In this document: piece after piece, positions 27,401 to 36,050 of the stretch | How positions within the stretch are numbered: the first letter of the stretch is position 1 | How the letters are laid out: every line of letters begins with the position of its first letter | Source of the DNA: a virus | Reading direction: 5' to 3' (one strand) | Virus record (IMG/VR): IMGVR_UViG_3300044940_000489 | Span: 32,001 to 96,000 of that record | Length of the DNA stretch: 64,000 nt | Program-made: the position numbers and the translations under genes | The notes under the pieces: generated by a model | What the model was told of the DNA's origin: nothing | The model's database searches: none | Seen by the model: the letters and a program-made list of their open reading frames with translations, nothing else

Positions 27401-30246
27401 GCGGCCACAAGATTAGCATTATGCTTCTGCTCTTTCTCTTCTGGATTCATTCTTTTAAACCCAGAACTTGATCCCTCAATGTAACTAGATACTGAAGGAT
27501 AGTTCCTTAGGGCATGTGTGGGGTCTAAATTAGAAAGCCGCTGATGGTGCTCACGAAACTTTGTCGTATGGTGATCTGCTAGTTTTTGGTGCAAATCAAT
27601 GGTATCTGCGTCCATCGGAACGCGCCGATCGGATATTCCAGCCATAGGCGGATAGACTTTGGCTGCAGCTAAATTTTTATGAGCCTGAGCCAGCCAAGCG
27701 TGCGTATCCATTCCTGCTGCATGATCCTCAAGGAGTGCACCGACTGGAGTTCCAGTTGTTTTTCTTCCAATCTTTTTACGGCCCCCTTCAGTAAGGGGAA
27801 GCTCTTTATTATGGACTGGCTTAAAGCCCATAGATCTAGGCACTTTCTGGTAGCTCTCTTTATACACCGTATGCACTTTGTCAGCATTTGTGTGAGATGC
27901 CTTAGATTCTGGCGAGTGAGTGGATATTATGTTCACTCCGTTATCTTTGGCCATCGAAATTACTTTGTTGATAAGAGCTTCTCGCCAGTTCTTATGGTAA
28001 TTAATAATCTTGTTGACGTGCTCGGCCTCTTCAGACTTATCATTTTGATCCAAATAATCTCTGGCTGCAGATCCGAAATCTGACTGAACTTCATCAATCA
28101 TCCAGTGTCCTGGCTCATGAGTATCTACTCGTGCCCAAGCAATCGTATTAAGATTAGTGGGATGACCGGATCTTTGCGATACTTCTTGAATTTTTTGAAA
28201 TATTTTGTACGTGTTTGGATCTGCCTTAATTGGAGCAATAGACTCATTTGAGTGGTCTAGGCGAACGACAACCTGATCTCGATTGTTAATATTCTGCATC
28301 TTACTGCCATCCCATACTCCGTAAGAAATATTATAGTTGGTTTTAGGAATGGAGTCGCGAATCTTCTGCAATTCTTGTGAGGATAGTTTTCCTTTTTCTC
28401 CAAAGATCTTTTTCCAATTATCTTTAATATTTGGATGTATTTTATTTAAATGTCCAATATCAATAGAGCCGCCATTAGCGTCCGCATAATGCTGTGCCAA
28501 TTCTAAATGATGCTGTAGATCACCGTAAGCGTGCGTATTATTGCGATTTGGTATCAGCTCATCAAGTTTAGGTTTTAATGCAGCTTCTTTTTTAGCGGCC
28601 TCTAGGCGGGCCCTCTCTTCGGCAGTCCGTTTTTTATTTTCAATGTGCTCATTAACAGCCGGGAGCTTATCTTTCAGATGTTCAGGGAGAAAATCATAGT
28701 CTAGGTGCGCATTCTCCATTCTTTCGTCATGCATTCTTCTGGCTATTCTAGACACATCATCGGATATTGATTCTGAATGGCCTTCATAAATTCTATCCAT
28801 AGTCCGATCATCTAGGTGATCTTGTGGATTGGCACGCCTGGCCTCTAAAGCAGAATTATAGGCTTCCTGGGCCTCATCTCTTCGGGCATCATAATCGGGA
28901 TGGTCTTCAATGGAGTACGTGAAATCGTCGTCATCTGTTTGCCAATTATAATTTTCAGCAAGATGATTGTTGATCCATTCGTCTTGTTCCATTCCATCCA
29001 TTAGATCTGAGTCTTCTACGTTGTCTCTTATGTATTCACTTAATGGGTACTCTTCTTCTGCCTGATCTCTGGCATCTTCATAATAGTAATCATAGCTATT
29101 CTGAAAATCGTTTTGATTTTGAATCTTTGTTTTAAGCTGTTCTAAATCGTATCCGTGCTCATGGTTATCGTTTGCCCATTTATTGTGCATTTCAATTTGA
29201 TGTTGTGGGTCTATATGCTTATTATGAAATAATGCCCATTTTTGCTCAAAATTGCCATGACGTTTAATATAATCAATATGTTCTGGCGTTAAATGTGGCG
29301 AATTCCTAAGTATTTCCTTAGAAATGTCCGTTTTATATCCAAAGCCCGGGCTCATTAAATTATAATTTGTATCCGGCGAAGAGGCCATCTCTTCCGCATC
29401 ATCTATATCATATAGCTTAGCACCTTCATGCCCTATATATTTAGATATTATAGAATTTCTGTATGAGTGATCTTCTTCTCCAAGTAAATTTTTTGATGGT
29501 TTAATGGATGACAGTAGTTGTGGGAAAGCAGTAGCTCCTGCTTTGTTGTTATCTAGTATGTGCTTAATGTGCCTATTTTCGAGCAGATTTTTGGATGGGT
29601 CATTATGTTTTGAGTATTTATTAAGTGCTGCAACATCATTAGATTTTAATTTGTAATTAGTATTATATATAAGATGGTCGGCCAAGTCTTTATCGAAGAG
29701 CTTATGATTAATAAATTGGGATAAATCAATGTCCTTATCGGCACCGGTCTTAAAAATTTTAATTACATGATCTTTATTTAAGTTTTTTTGATCCGCTAGT
29801 GGAGTCAGATGCTCTCGGTAGGTTGAAATTGGAAATGAATCATGATTATCAATTATATGATGAATTGCCTCTGAAGATATTGGATAATCATTAATAATGT
29901 GCCGCAATCTGCCTTCATCAATATCCACATGTTTTGAGGTGGGTTTAACGCCGCCTTGCGACTGCGCAATGTGCGACAAAACTTTAGCCAGAGCCAAATC
30001 ATTATTTTTCTCGTTATTGTGTCTAGACTCATTTAGGTATTTTTTTAGTTGTGATATATCAAAATCGCTATGTCCGTAAGCGCCGGCCAATAAGTTGATA
30101 TATTCTTTATCGGTCATTTTGTGTCGGAAATACGCCGGGATGGCAGTATCGTCTGGTTTCCAAATAGCTTCGCCACTCTTGTCTTGTAGTGTGGGGTGCT
30201 TCAATTTGGCAATATATTTTGGTTCTGGAACTTTAAATTTAGCCAT
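24400..30246 (-). CDS. large polyvalent protein (two copies of a W.R...IDE[IV]QSDFG domain, a central GNAT, acidic tracts)
   Basis: 1948 aa; internal duplication; GNAT motif A VNPQHAGHGHGKLAY...VSQNAHKAW; LKKS/LQKA/LYKT linkers. Confidence 0.7.
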   Translation of the reverse strand: MAKFKVPEPKYIAKLKHPTLQDKSGEAIWKPDDTAIPAYFRHKMTDKEYINLLAGAYGHSDFDISQLKKYLNESRHNNEKNNDLALAKVLSHIAQSQGGVKPTSKHVDIDEGRLRHIINDYPISSEAIHHIIDNHDSFPISTYREHLTPLADQKNLNKDHVIKIFKTGADKDIDLSQFINHKLFDKDLADHLIYNTNYKLKSNDVAALNKYSKHNDPSKNLLENRHIKHILDNNKAGATAFPQLLSSIKPSKNLLGEEDHSYRNSIISKYIGHEGAKLYDIDDAEEMASSPDTNYNLMSPGFGYKTDISKEILRNSPHLTPEHIDYIKRHGNFEQKWALFHNKHIDPQHQIEMHNKWANDNHEHGYDLEQLKTKIQNQNDFQNSYDYYYEDARDQAEEEYPLSEYIRDNVEDSDLMDGMEQDEWINNHLAENYNWQTDDDDFTYSIEDHPDYDARRDEAQEAYNSALEARRANPQDHLDDRTMDRIYEGHSESISDDVSRIARRMHDERMENAHLDYDFLPEHLKDKLPAVNEHIENKKRTAEERARLEAAKKEAALKPKLDELIPNRNNTHAYGDLQHHLELAQHYADANGGSIDIGHLNKIHPNIKDNWKKIFGEKGKLSSQELQKIRDSIPKTNYNISYGVWDGSKMQNINNRDQVVVRLDHSNESIAPIKADPNTYKIFQKIQEVSQRSGHPTNLNTIAWARVDTHEPGHWMIDEVQSDFGSAARDYLDQNDKSEEAEHVNKIINYHKNWREALINKVISMAKDNGVNIISTHSPESKASHTNADKVHTVYKESYQKVPRSMGFKPVHNKELPLTEGGRKKIGRKTTGTPVGALLEDHAAGMDTHAWLAQAHKNLAAAKVYPPMAGISDRRVPMDADTIDLHQKLADHHTTKFREHHQRLSNLDPTHALRNYPSVSSYIEGSSSGFKRMNPEEKEQKHNANLVAARMSAKEIMNEGYGMPVYGHDSALKEAPASENHGHQIDLSPPKLKKSIDDADFDMEFEKLQKAPVENTNLESFDGWHDIPKSYKHVSSKQLKNGLYHHTFAGHYGPEKSPIFYHAVSDSKHPHDTHMARVQVSIEPYTNEPIVTESHVNPQHAGHGHGKLAYAAALAHHGRLESDYAVSQNAHKAWQNLNGLPSVNLSIKPMGSPDPNRAMASDVKKLRAYLYKTEDLIKDEAATRVRNGWPMPEHSARTFQDPELFESKLNDLYQKLEPLKNLEFSWEKDEAQARLHDLLDNPTYRGKYSPEVLDVIASHSDEDIRKSIHIHPNAEHSRHIKPAIDRDRAAWIAKVQKALSSSSGALPSSVPVHEDANLDDWQLNWLASHGDTRANNYAINHPNAEPRHIEKAINTVLARKHPYKDDSFWLKLGNNPKTTEDQLMLAHRQVSPHYRTHLSKKLRERGIYTDPNQVEFALGTNKLRSARDHIINNGSEGKMHKKDLELAGHSPQALGISHLLDGTGHIHHEDIQRHIDAQPKMKFGFSKTSYGSEDSPRYLEDMLSDHLEAFNPEDYGVHKSDFLDYGKIKKYHNKQFKPDFDETDFDSHEEYEQALDDARRDWEDGFNLDDYDYLAEKDDKYLDKDSYEREVQSAKDRHMDNFDSGDYGVTHEQAYENALEEQRHTYEPSEVFQLNFTKEHADKMKESGVWGTFKNMQEASKRSKHPVLDNTIGWVRYTQDQQGNTHIDEIQSDFGQSFIKQAQKQIKDALSSGQINQQQAEQAYANAHAKWPEEHYNKINEILFNNKHPNEILHEAFLQHLRDNNRVGSKVHIWDSKEKADLSGMSSSGYINLQDIGKIINNDLSVGDRLPPATVNHAKNWIKQQGMTPENWEAKSKEIIRQQRPLLSESEIESYPISFPMPVPAHMQFTYNQHPKKMGYKPSKYGELETQHNPYLKGKSTWSDTLKKKEKLDPDQIEKLKNLLENVENVDIDMPWNDIIKYSTHRWA

Positions 30247-30857
30247 TATTCTTTACCAAAAGCTCTACCTAAATGATATAAAAACATGTGATCGTGGTGC
30301 CCAATTTTTTGGGCATGATCTTTAGCCTCTTGTATGGCTATTGATCTATTGTGTCTGTGCGCTTCCTGAAGTCGCCTAATTTCATCAGAGACGATTCCTA
30401 GTTCTTTATCCCACTCGCTCTTTTTAAGTTTATTAGATTGATCTCCAAAATTAAAGTTTAACTTAAAGTGAACTGGACCTTCGTCCGTGTGCATGACAGA
30501 GTGGTCTCCATCTGGTTTTTCTTTATAAAACTGCACTCCACTTCCATGCACAGAAGTACCAGCTTGAGGTCCATTCAAATATTTAAGTTCGTGTTTATTG
30601 TCCATTGAATGTATGACTGACTCCTGCCCTAGTTGTCTAGCCATTTCAGTCAGTCCTTTTACATTCTTTGGGTGCCTGACAAGAATAGAGCGCTCGTGCT
30701 TCCCATCATAATGACCATGCAAATCTAGTGCATCCTCTCCTGATTGCCTTAGAAACTTTACGGCCTCTTCAGTGCTGGGTACGCCGGAAGCGGTCACCTG
30801 ATGCTTCGGATTTTCTACAGAGAAAATAAAATAATGTCCAGGCAATACATGCTTCAT
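30246..30857 (-). CDS. SAM-lyase / DUF3293-like protein
   Basis: FSVENP..GHYDG.HERSILV..LTEMARQLGQESVI resembles the T3 SAMase/DUF3293 pattern; LKKSE near the C-terminus. Confidence 0.5.
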   Translation of the reverse strand: MKHVLPGHYFIFSVENPKHQVTASGVPSTEEAVKFLRQSGEDALDLHGHYDGKHERSILVRHPKNVKGLTEMARQLGQESVIHSMDNKHELKYLNGPQAGTSVHGSGVQFYKEKPDGDHSVMHTDEGPVHFKLNFNFGDQSNKLKKSEWDKELGIVSDEIRRLQEAHRHNRSIAIQEAKDHAQKIGHHDHMFLYHLGRAFGKE

Positions 30858-32305
30858 GGCATTTCCTCTCTGTGTACTGGAATGCTATGGAACAATGCGA
30901 CCACATTAGGAAGTGTACTTTTAGAGTTGTAAAACCCGTGATAGCCTGCGTCTCTTATTTTGCCTAAAACCATGTCTGAATTGTAAGCCCCATTATTTGC
31001 GTCAACAGCCGCCTTAATGTGTCCCTCATGGTCATTTGCAAGATCATAGAGCTTATGCGTTTCAGGCAAAGTTACATGATATTTGCTTACTGCACCTTGA
31101 GTTACCAAATGCTCTGGCTCAGAATCGGCCCTATAGAAATAGCTTCTGCGTACTTCTGGAACTCCGTGCCTCGTTTCTTGGGACGGAGCGCCTGTTCCCA
31201 TGTAATTGGGGTCAATCTGTTTGAGGCCCTTAACTCTTGAGAAATGTATTAAATTTACTGGAGCGGATTCGCTTCTCTGGAGCTGTTCTGTGGCCGGCCT
31301 AAAATTATTAAGCAAGAATCCAGCTTTAGGGTGATACCTAAGCAGTCCTTCCTCAAGCATTTTAATGACCAATTGCCCCTCCGGAGAATTCCTATTATTT
31401 AAGGATTCGTGCCCATGACTGCCGCTATGCCTAACCATTATATCGCTAATTGGCTTATTTTTCAAATATTTAGATTGATCTTCTTTAACGTATGGCGTAA
31501 CTAGATGTTTGTGATCGTGATAGGCTTTAGACCAATGTGGACGACTATCTTCTAGTAAATGTTGGACAAGATTTAGCTCTGCGTTTCCTCGCCCTGGATA
31601 GCCACTTTGTCCTGCAGGATTGCCATTGCCGCTTCGATCTCTTCCTCGCTCCAAATCATATTCAAGTCCTGGCCGTAAGCCTCTACTACGGATCGGATCT
31701 CTTCCTTGGTCATCTCTGATACTTTTTTGGACATTTGGTGACTCCTTTATATTAAAAATGAAGTCTGTTGGTCCTGTAGCAAGTCCGTGCCGCTGCTTAG
31801 CCGTAATCTTCAGTTGATTGGGCTTGCTTGTATCTATATTAAAGTTATCATCGTTTAAAAGCAAGCTTTTTAGGTGTCTGGCTCTCAAAACGTGACGGTT
31901 CTTTTCGCGGTCATGGGTCGGTATAACGTGCCTATTGGGGTCTTTTTGTATTCTTTGAATTACTGCTTCCATAGCTTTTTTATGCTGCGGAGTAGGCATT
32001 TTATTCAGCACGGATTGTATCAATTTGGGATCATTAATATACTTATCGTGATTGCTTGCAATTTCTGGTCCATGTTGCCATACCCACTGATTGTTCCAGC
32101 GGACAGACTCATACCCTTTGGTGGGATGAGTTTGCTGGGCCCCAGTTGGGAATTCTCCCGCTTTTTCTAATGGCTCTTCTTCGTAAAGCGAAATTATGAC
32201 TTTTGTCGTATAATTTTTTTTTATAGGCTCAGGCCTGTTGACTTCTTGTGCGGCCAACTCTTGTAGTTTCTTAATTTTAAGAATAAGATCCCGCACGTTC
32301 GCCAT
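30854..32305 (-). CDS. polyvalent protein with a C-terminal ADP-ribosyltransferase-like domain
   Basis: After LQRSE: LIHFS..IDPNYMGTG..RSYFY..LYD..AGYHG, resembling the ART-PolyVal domain; LEKA and VQKS linkers. Confidence 0.55.
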   Translation of the reverse strand: MANVRDLILKIKKLQELAAQEVNRPEPIKKNYTTKVIISLYEEEPLEKAGEFPTGAQQTHPTKGYESVRWNNQWVWQHGPEIASNHDKYINDPKLIQSVLNKMPTPQHKKAMEAVIQRIQKDPNRHVIPTHDREKNRHVLRARHLKSLLLNDDNFNIDTSKPNQLKITAKQRHGLATGPTDFIFNIKESPNVQKSIRDDQGRDPIRSRGLRPGLEYDLERGRDRSGNGNPAGQSGYPGRGNAELNLVQHLLEDSRPHWSKAYHDHKHLVTPYVKEDQSKYLKNKPISDIMVRHSGSHGHESLNNRNSPEGQLVIKMLEEGLLRYHPKAGFLLNNFRPATEQLQRSESAPVNLIHFSRVKGLKQIDPNYMGTGAPSQETRHGVPEVRRSYFYRADSEPEHLVTQGAVSKYHVTLPETHKLYDLANDHEGHIKAAVDANNGAYNSDMVLGKIRDAGYHGFYNSKSTLPNVVALFHSIPVHREEMP

Positions 32306-32315
32306 GGCCTGTCTC

Positions 32316-33197
32316 TTAAATATGTGACATGAAAATTTTGCTACCGAAGTAAGATTTGATACTTTGCTCCAGCTCTGCGATTTGCTTCTCTAGATCCTGT
32401 GCCCTCAGTGCGAACTGCTGGTTTCCCGGTCCACCCAAAGACTGAGAGGCCCCATCAATTCCGATGCTTTTAGAGTTATATTTATTAGTCGGCCCCAGCA
32501 TGCTCAATATCATGAGAGCGGCTCGATATCCAATCAAGTTATTAATAGGCCCAGGTACGGCATTATCGTCAAATCCAGTGGTGAACTTTACATACCAGAA
32601 GGCTGGCATAAATCTTAATTGCTGAAATACAGTTAGAAGTGCTGCTGCTGCTCCATTATAAGAACCAACCTGCCCAACTCCTGTATAAGATGTTTGCAGA
32701 GGAATCGTATGTATTACGCCTTTATGGCCCATGCTGTCAATATCAAGCCATGCAAGGGGCATTCTGTAAATAAGTTTACCGTCTTCTTCGCCAGCTGCAG
32801 GGGATGAGTTCTCAGTAGATTCGCTCTCTACCGTTCTAATGGATACTTCTTCAATAGAATAAATATTGGGGTATCCTAAGTCTAATTGGCCAAAGCCTTG
32901 GGACCACTTAGTTCTATCAAACTCAAGCCTTACTGCTCTCTGCGTTTGAAAAATATCAACTTTACACCGAAGCTCTACTTCGCCAGCTGCTTTTCGGATG
33001 ATCGATTTAAGAGTGTCATCCGACATTACTTCACCTGTCAATGGCGACTTAAGTGGAATTCCAAAAAGAAATTCTGCCTTGAGCCTCTCTGGCGAAAGGA
33101 AGCTCTCTGCTCGCGAATAGCCACCGGCTCCGCCATCGGTAGCCCTGGATGGCCAAGCACTGGCAATTCTTTTCTTGCTTTTAGAATAGTCAGCCAT
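32316..33197 (-). CDS. putative head-tail connector / head completion protein
   Basis: FLFGIPL, TTGF...VP and SIGIDGASQS motifs typical of myovirus head completion proteins. Confidence 0.65.
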   Translation of the reverse strand: MADYSKSKKRIASAWPSRATDGGAGGYSRAESFLSPERLKAEFLFGIPLKSPLTGEVMSDDTLKSIIRKAAGEVELRCKVDIFQTQRAVRLEFDRTKWSQGFGQLDLGYPNIYSIEEVSIRTVESESTENSSPAAGEEDGKLIYRMPLAWLDIDSMGHKGVIHTIPLQTSYTGVGQVGSYNGAAAALLTVFQQLRFMPAFWYVKFTTGFDDNAVPGPINNLIGYRAALMILSMLGPTNKYNSKSIGIDGASQSLGGPGNQQFALRAQDLEKQIAELEQSIKSYFGSKIFMSHI

Positions 33198-33206
33198 TTA
33201 GGCTCC

Positions 33207-33620
33207 TTAGCACTGGTATCGAGAATTATCGGAATTAGAAACTAGTATAACTTGTTGTCCAAGGCCTTTTTTGATGTTTGAGCCTTCGGTTAGTGTAATC
33301 CTAAGATTTGTTCCGCCAAGAGATTGCGTTTCTAGTGCAGTAAGCGAAAACTCCCAGATTGATGGATCTAGTGAGAATGGCTGTGTGGCGGATTTAGTCA
33401 CTGTACCCGCAGAGTCAACGGATTGGATAACGGCTTCCAAAGTAGCCCCAGAAGCTGGCATATATCGGTCGCCAAGAAGATTCTGCTGCCTAACAGTATC
33501 CAGATCAACTAGCTGGAACCTAACCGTTGCAGTCTCACCCGTCTCAATCGATAGTTGATTAAGATACTTTAAATTATTAATCGTAGACGCGCTATCTATG
33601 ATTCTTAATCCTAATTTCAT
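33207..33620 (-). CDS. putative virion structural protein (Ig-like)
   Basis: 137 aa beta-rich ORF in the late operon. Confidence 0.55.
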   Translation of the reverse strand: MKLGLRIIDSASTINNLKYLNQLSIETGETATVRFQLVDLDTVRQQNLLGDRYMPASGATLEAVIQSVDSAGTVTKSATQPFSLDPSIWEFSLTALETQSLGGTNLRITLTEGSNIKKGLGQQVILVSNSDNSRYQC

Positions 33621-33629
33621 GAATTCCGC

Positions 33630-33929
33630 CTATGCAGTAATGGTTAGCGCCTTTAGAATTAGCGTAATGAGAGTACCGGCACTGGCCGTTACGATTGCCA
33701 CAAGGAGCTTGTTTTGAACTTTATTGCTTTCATTGAGCTGTTTAAGCTGGGCGGCGTAATTTTCTTCATTTGCCTCTAGCTGAACAACCCGTCCAGTAAG
33801 CCGGGTCAGGGCATCGGCTACCTTTTCATTAAGGCTATCGTATCGGCGCTGCTGCTCTTCAAGCTTTCCGATCCTGAATTCAAGGAATCGGGCCTCAAGC
33901 TGCTCCAGCTTTTTAGTATCGTCAGACAT
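33630..33929 (-). CDS. coiled-coil protein with a C-terminal transmembrane helix (holin/XhlA-like architecture)
   Basis: Heptad-rich N-terminus and hydrophobic C-terminus; follows a late promoter. Confidence 0.5.
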   Translation of the reverse strand: MSDDTKKLEQLEARFLEFRIGKLEEQQRRYDSLNEKVADALTRLTGRVVQLEANEENYAAQLKQLNESNKVQNKLLVAIVTASAGTLITLILKALTITA

Positions 33930-33970
33930 TTAAAAGTATCCCGTTTAAGTAGTCAGAATTACTTTTAAAT

Positions 33971-33995
33971 ATTAAGTTTTGGGCTTAAATATTGG
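33971..33995 (-). promoter_or_regulatory. putative late promoter
   Basis: CCAATAT-TTA-N7-AACTTAAT upstream of ATG 33929. Confidence 0.65.
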
Positions 33996-33998
33996 ATT

Positions 33999-34184
33999 TT
34001 ATTGATTTTTATTGGCATCCTGAAATGCCATATTTATCTCATTTTCAATATACTTAAATAGTTCGGATAGTTCAGATTCCATGGCCTGGGCGGACTCTTC
34101 TGCCATTAGGTCAAGGATTTCGGTCTCATTGAAGTCAGTGGATTGGTCTGTTTGGGTATCCTCTTTTATTACTACTTTTGGCAT
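33999..34184 (-). CDS. small acidic hypothetical protein
   Basis: Start MPKVV with an AGGGGG RBS; strongly D/E-rich. Confidence 0.55.
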   Translation of the reverse strand: MPKVVIKEDTQTDQSTDFNETEILDLMAEESAQAMESELSELFKYIENEINMAFQDANKNQ

Positions 34185-34330
34185 ATTGGAAGTGCCCCCT
34201 ATGCAATAAATATAGCAAAGGCACCCAAATAAATCCATAGAAATTGACCGTCTGGATCAAAATAAGACATCATAGCTGAAAACCATCATAATAAGTAGCA
34301 ATATAGCTATAATGAATTGAAATATCCCCA

Positions 34331-34651
34331 TTATTGACCCAATTTCATTGCGGCACTCTCAAGATTATCTAGGATTCCGCTATTGATTAGAGCCTCGGCT
34401 TTAAACGGCCCAGCTACAAAATTACCGGAAAGTCTTCGCCCTTCTTCAAAAATACTGGTAGTGGGTACCGTCTTGTTAATAGATATTTCTACTAAAAAGC
34501 TGGAATCGGGGCTTAACTTCTCGCTCGAAGTGAAGACTTGGATTTTAATATCATTGCGCTCTCTAATCCAGAGAAATCCCTTCTCATTTTCTGAAGCTAC
34601 ATCATACTTATTGAATTCTTTGAACATTAAGTAATCATTTATATTCTTCAT
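34331..34651 (-). CDS. hypothetical protein
   Basis: Start MKNIND gives an ATGA overlap with the upstream ORF. Confidence 0.6.
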   Translation of the reverse strand: MKNINDYLMFKEFNKYDVASENEKGFLWIRERNDIKIQVFTSSEKLSPDSSFLVEISINKTVPTTSIFEEGRRLSGNFVAGPFKAEALINSGILDNLESAAMKLGQ

Positions 34652-34941
34652 TCTAGCGCAATCCTTTCGGTGGGGTCGTCCCACTGCGTTGCCCATAATT
34701 TTATAGACATAGACTCATTTTCTGACATTTTATTTTTTAAGAGCCATACAGCCGGAAGCTGCACAGCATCTTCCTCCTGTATCAGCCCCCTATTTCTGGT
34801 ATATCTTTCTTCCCAAATCCAATATCCAGAAAATGTCATGAAATAATCAATAATTCTGCCATCGTCTTCTGTCCAGCTTACGAATTGAACGACATCGTCT
34901 TTAACAACAATTTCTACTCGCTCTTCCCATCCTGGCGCCAT
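34648..34941 (-). CDS. hypothetical protein
   Basis: 97 aa, part of an overlapping small-gene operon. Confidence 0.55.
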   Translation of the reverse strand: MAPGWEERVEIVVKDDVVQFVSWTEDDGRIIDYFMTFSGYWIWEERYTRNRGLIQEEDAVQLPAVWLLKNKMSENESMSIKLWATQWDDPTERIALE

Positions 34942-35144
34942 ACTTCAGTCTCCGGTAATCTTTCTAAATTGATAGTTGATATAAGAACCATCTTATCCCA
35001 TTTCTTTATGTAAAGCGACTGTGATTCTGAAATATCTATATCAACCAAAATGCCTGCTTGCGGAGGAACAAGTCTTGTATAGTGCAGGTCATTAACTGCC
35101 AGTGCGACACCGTGCTTTTCGTCATTATAGTAATAGACCTTCAT
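34914..35144 (-). CDS. hypothetical protein
   Basis: 76 aa; ATGA overlap with the upstream ORF. Confidence 0.6.
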   Translation of the reverse strand: MKVYYYNDEKHGVALAVNDLHYTRLVPPQAGILVDIDISESQSLYIKKWDKMVLISTINLERLPETEVWRQDGKSE

Positions 35145-35368
35145 ATTAAGCGTCCTGGATATTTTTGGCCATTTTGGTCCTCAATAATCTCATGCCATTT
35201 TGGAATTTGATGATTTTTTGCAGCCGCCTGAACGGCAGCAATCATATATCTCTCAAGATGGGACGCTTGAGAAAGTATTGCTTCTTTAAGCTTTGGCTCA
35301 ATAGTCTCTGATGAGTTTATGAGCATAACTATATTGGCGGTTCCATTAAACTCTAAGGGGATTTTCAT
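35141..35368 (-). CDS. hypothetical protein
   Basis: 75 aa; ATGA overlaps on both sides. Confidence 0.6.
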   Translation of the reverse strand: MKIPLEFNGTANIVMLINSSETIEPKLKEAILSQASHLERYMIAAVQAAAKNHQIPKWHEIIEDQNGQKYPGRLI

Positions 35369-35649
35369 TTCGTCATCCCCTTAATCTTACTTTCCACTTT
35401 AAGGCCAATCTCGTGGCAAAAAGCGGTTAGATCCGATTCCGACGCATTGATAGAAATATAATTTCTTTTGTGTGCATCCAATATAGTTTCTGCACAGGCC
35501 GCTTTTGCTGCCGAGCCGGAAATAGCTACGGCTACGGTCATATTATTAAATAACGAGAATCGATCATTCTGAATGGCTGGTTCTTTTTTGTTAAGAATAT
35601 ATGTCATGGCACTAAAAAAAGTGACGATTGCAAATACTACGTATTTCAT
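35365..35649 (-). CDS. membrane-anchored hypothetical protein
   Basis: AAGGAG RBS; N-terminal hydrophobic segment. Confidence 0.65.
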   Translation of the reverse strand: MKYVVFAIVTFFSAMTYILNKKEPAIQNDRFSLFNNMTVAVAISGSAAKAACAETILDAHKRNYISINASESDLTAFCHEIGLKVESKIKGMTK

Positions 35650-35661
35650 TTATAGCTCCTT

Positions 35662-35695
35662 CTGACATACTACCCCGCCTAAAGGCATGGGGTTT
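35662..35695 (-). mobile_element. solitary IS200/IS605 right-end relic
   Basis: AACCCCATGCCTTTAGGCGGGGTAGTATGTCAG on the minus strand, homologous to the ends at 3567, 4371 and 5755-5793. Confidence 0.7.
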
Positions 35696-35706
35696 TTGGT
35701 TCTATC

Positions 35707-35735
35707 ATAATACCAATAAAAAAACTAGTGGTCAA
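35707..35735 (-). promoter_or_regulatory. sigma70-type promoter
   Basis: TTGACC-N17-TATTAT with an extended -10 TG, upstream of the 35649-33999 operon. Confidence 0.65.
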
Positions 35736-35819
35736 GGTTTATTCTTTTGCGTATTATTTTGATTCTATTTATTGCTTTTGGCGAAAAACTGCATAATAAT
35801 GTGTTTATACGGAGGTATT

Positions 35820-36050
35820 ATGATTCAATTCATTATAGACAAGCCACTGGCATTTATTGGAATAGTTATCTTGATCTGGGCCCTTATTAATATCTTTTAC
35901 TTGTACTTTGCAAATAAAAAGACTGACGGAGGCGCATCTTCGCTTATTAATAGATATATGACCTATAAGCTATTTAAAAGATACAATTCCAGGCAGTACG
36001 AGGAAATGACCAGAGATCTAAATACCAGAAAGTCTTATGAAGAAGCGTAA
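35820..36050 (+). CDS. small membrane protein heading the mini-gene array
   Basis: GGAGG RBS before ATG 35820; one TM helix; ends KSYEEA using the array junction sequence. Confidence 0.65.
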   Translation: MIQFIIDKPLAFIGIVILIWALINIFYLYFANKKTDGGASSLINRYMTYKLFKRYNSRQYEEMTRDLNTRKSYEEA

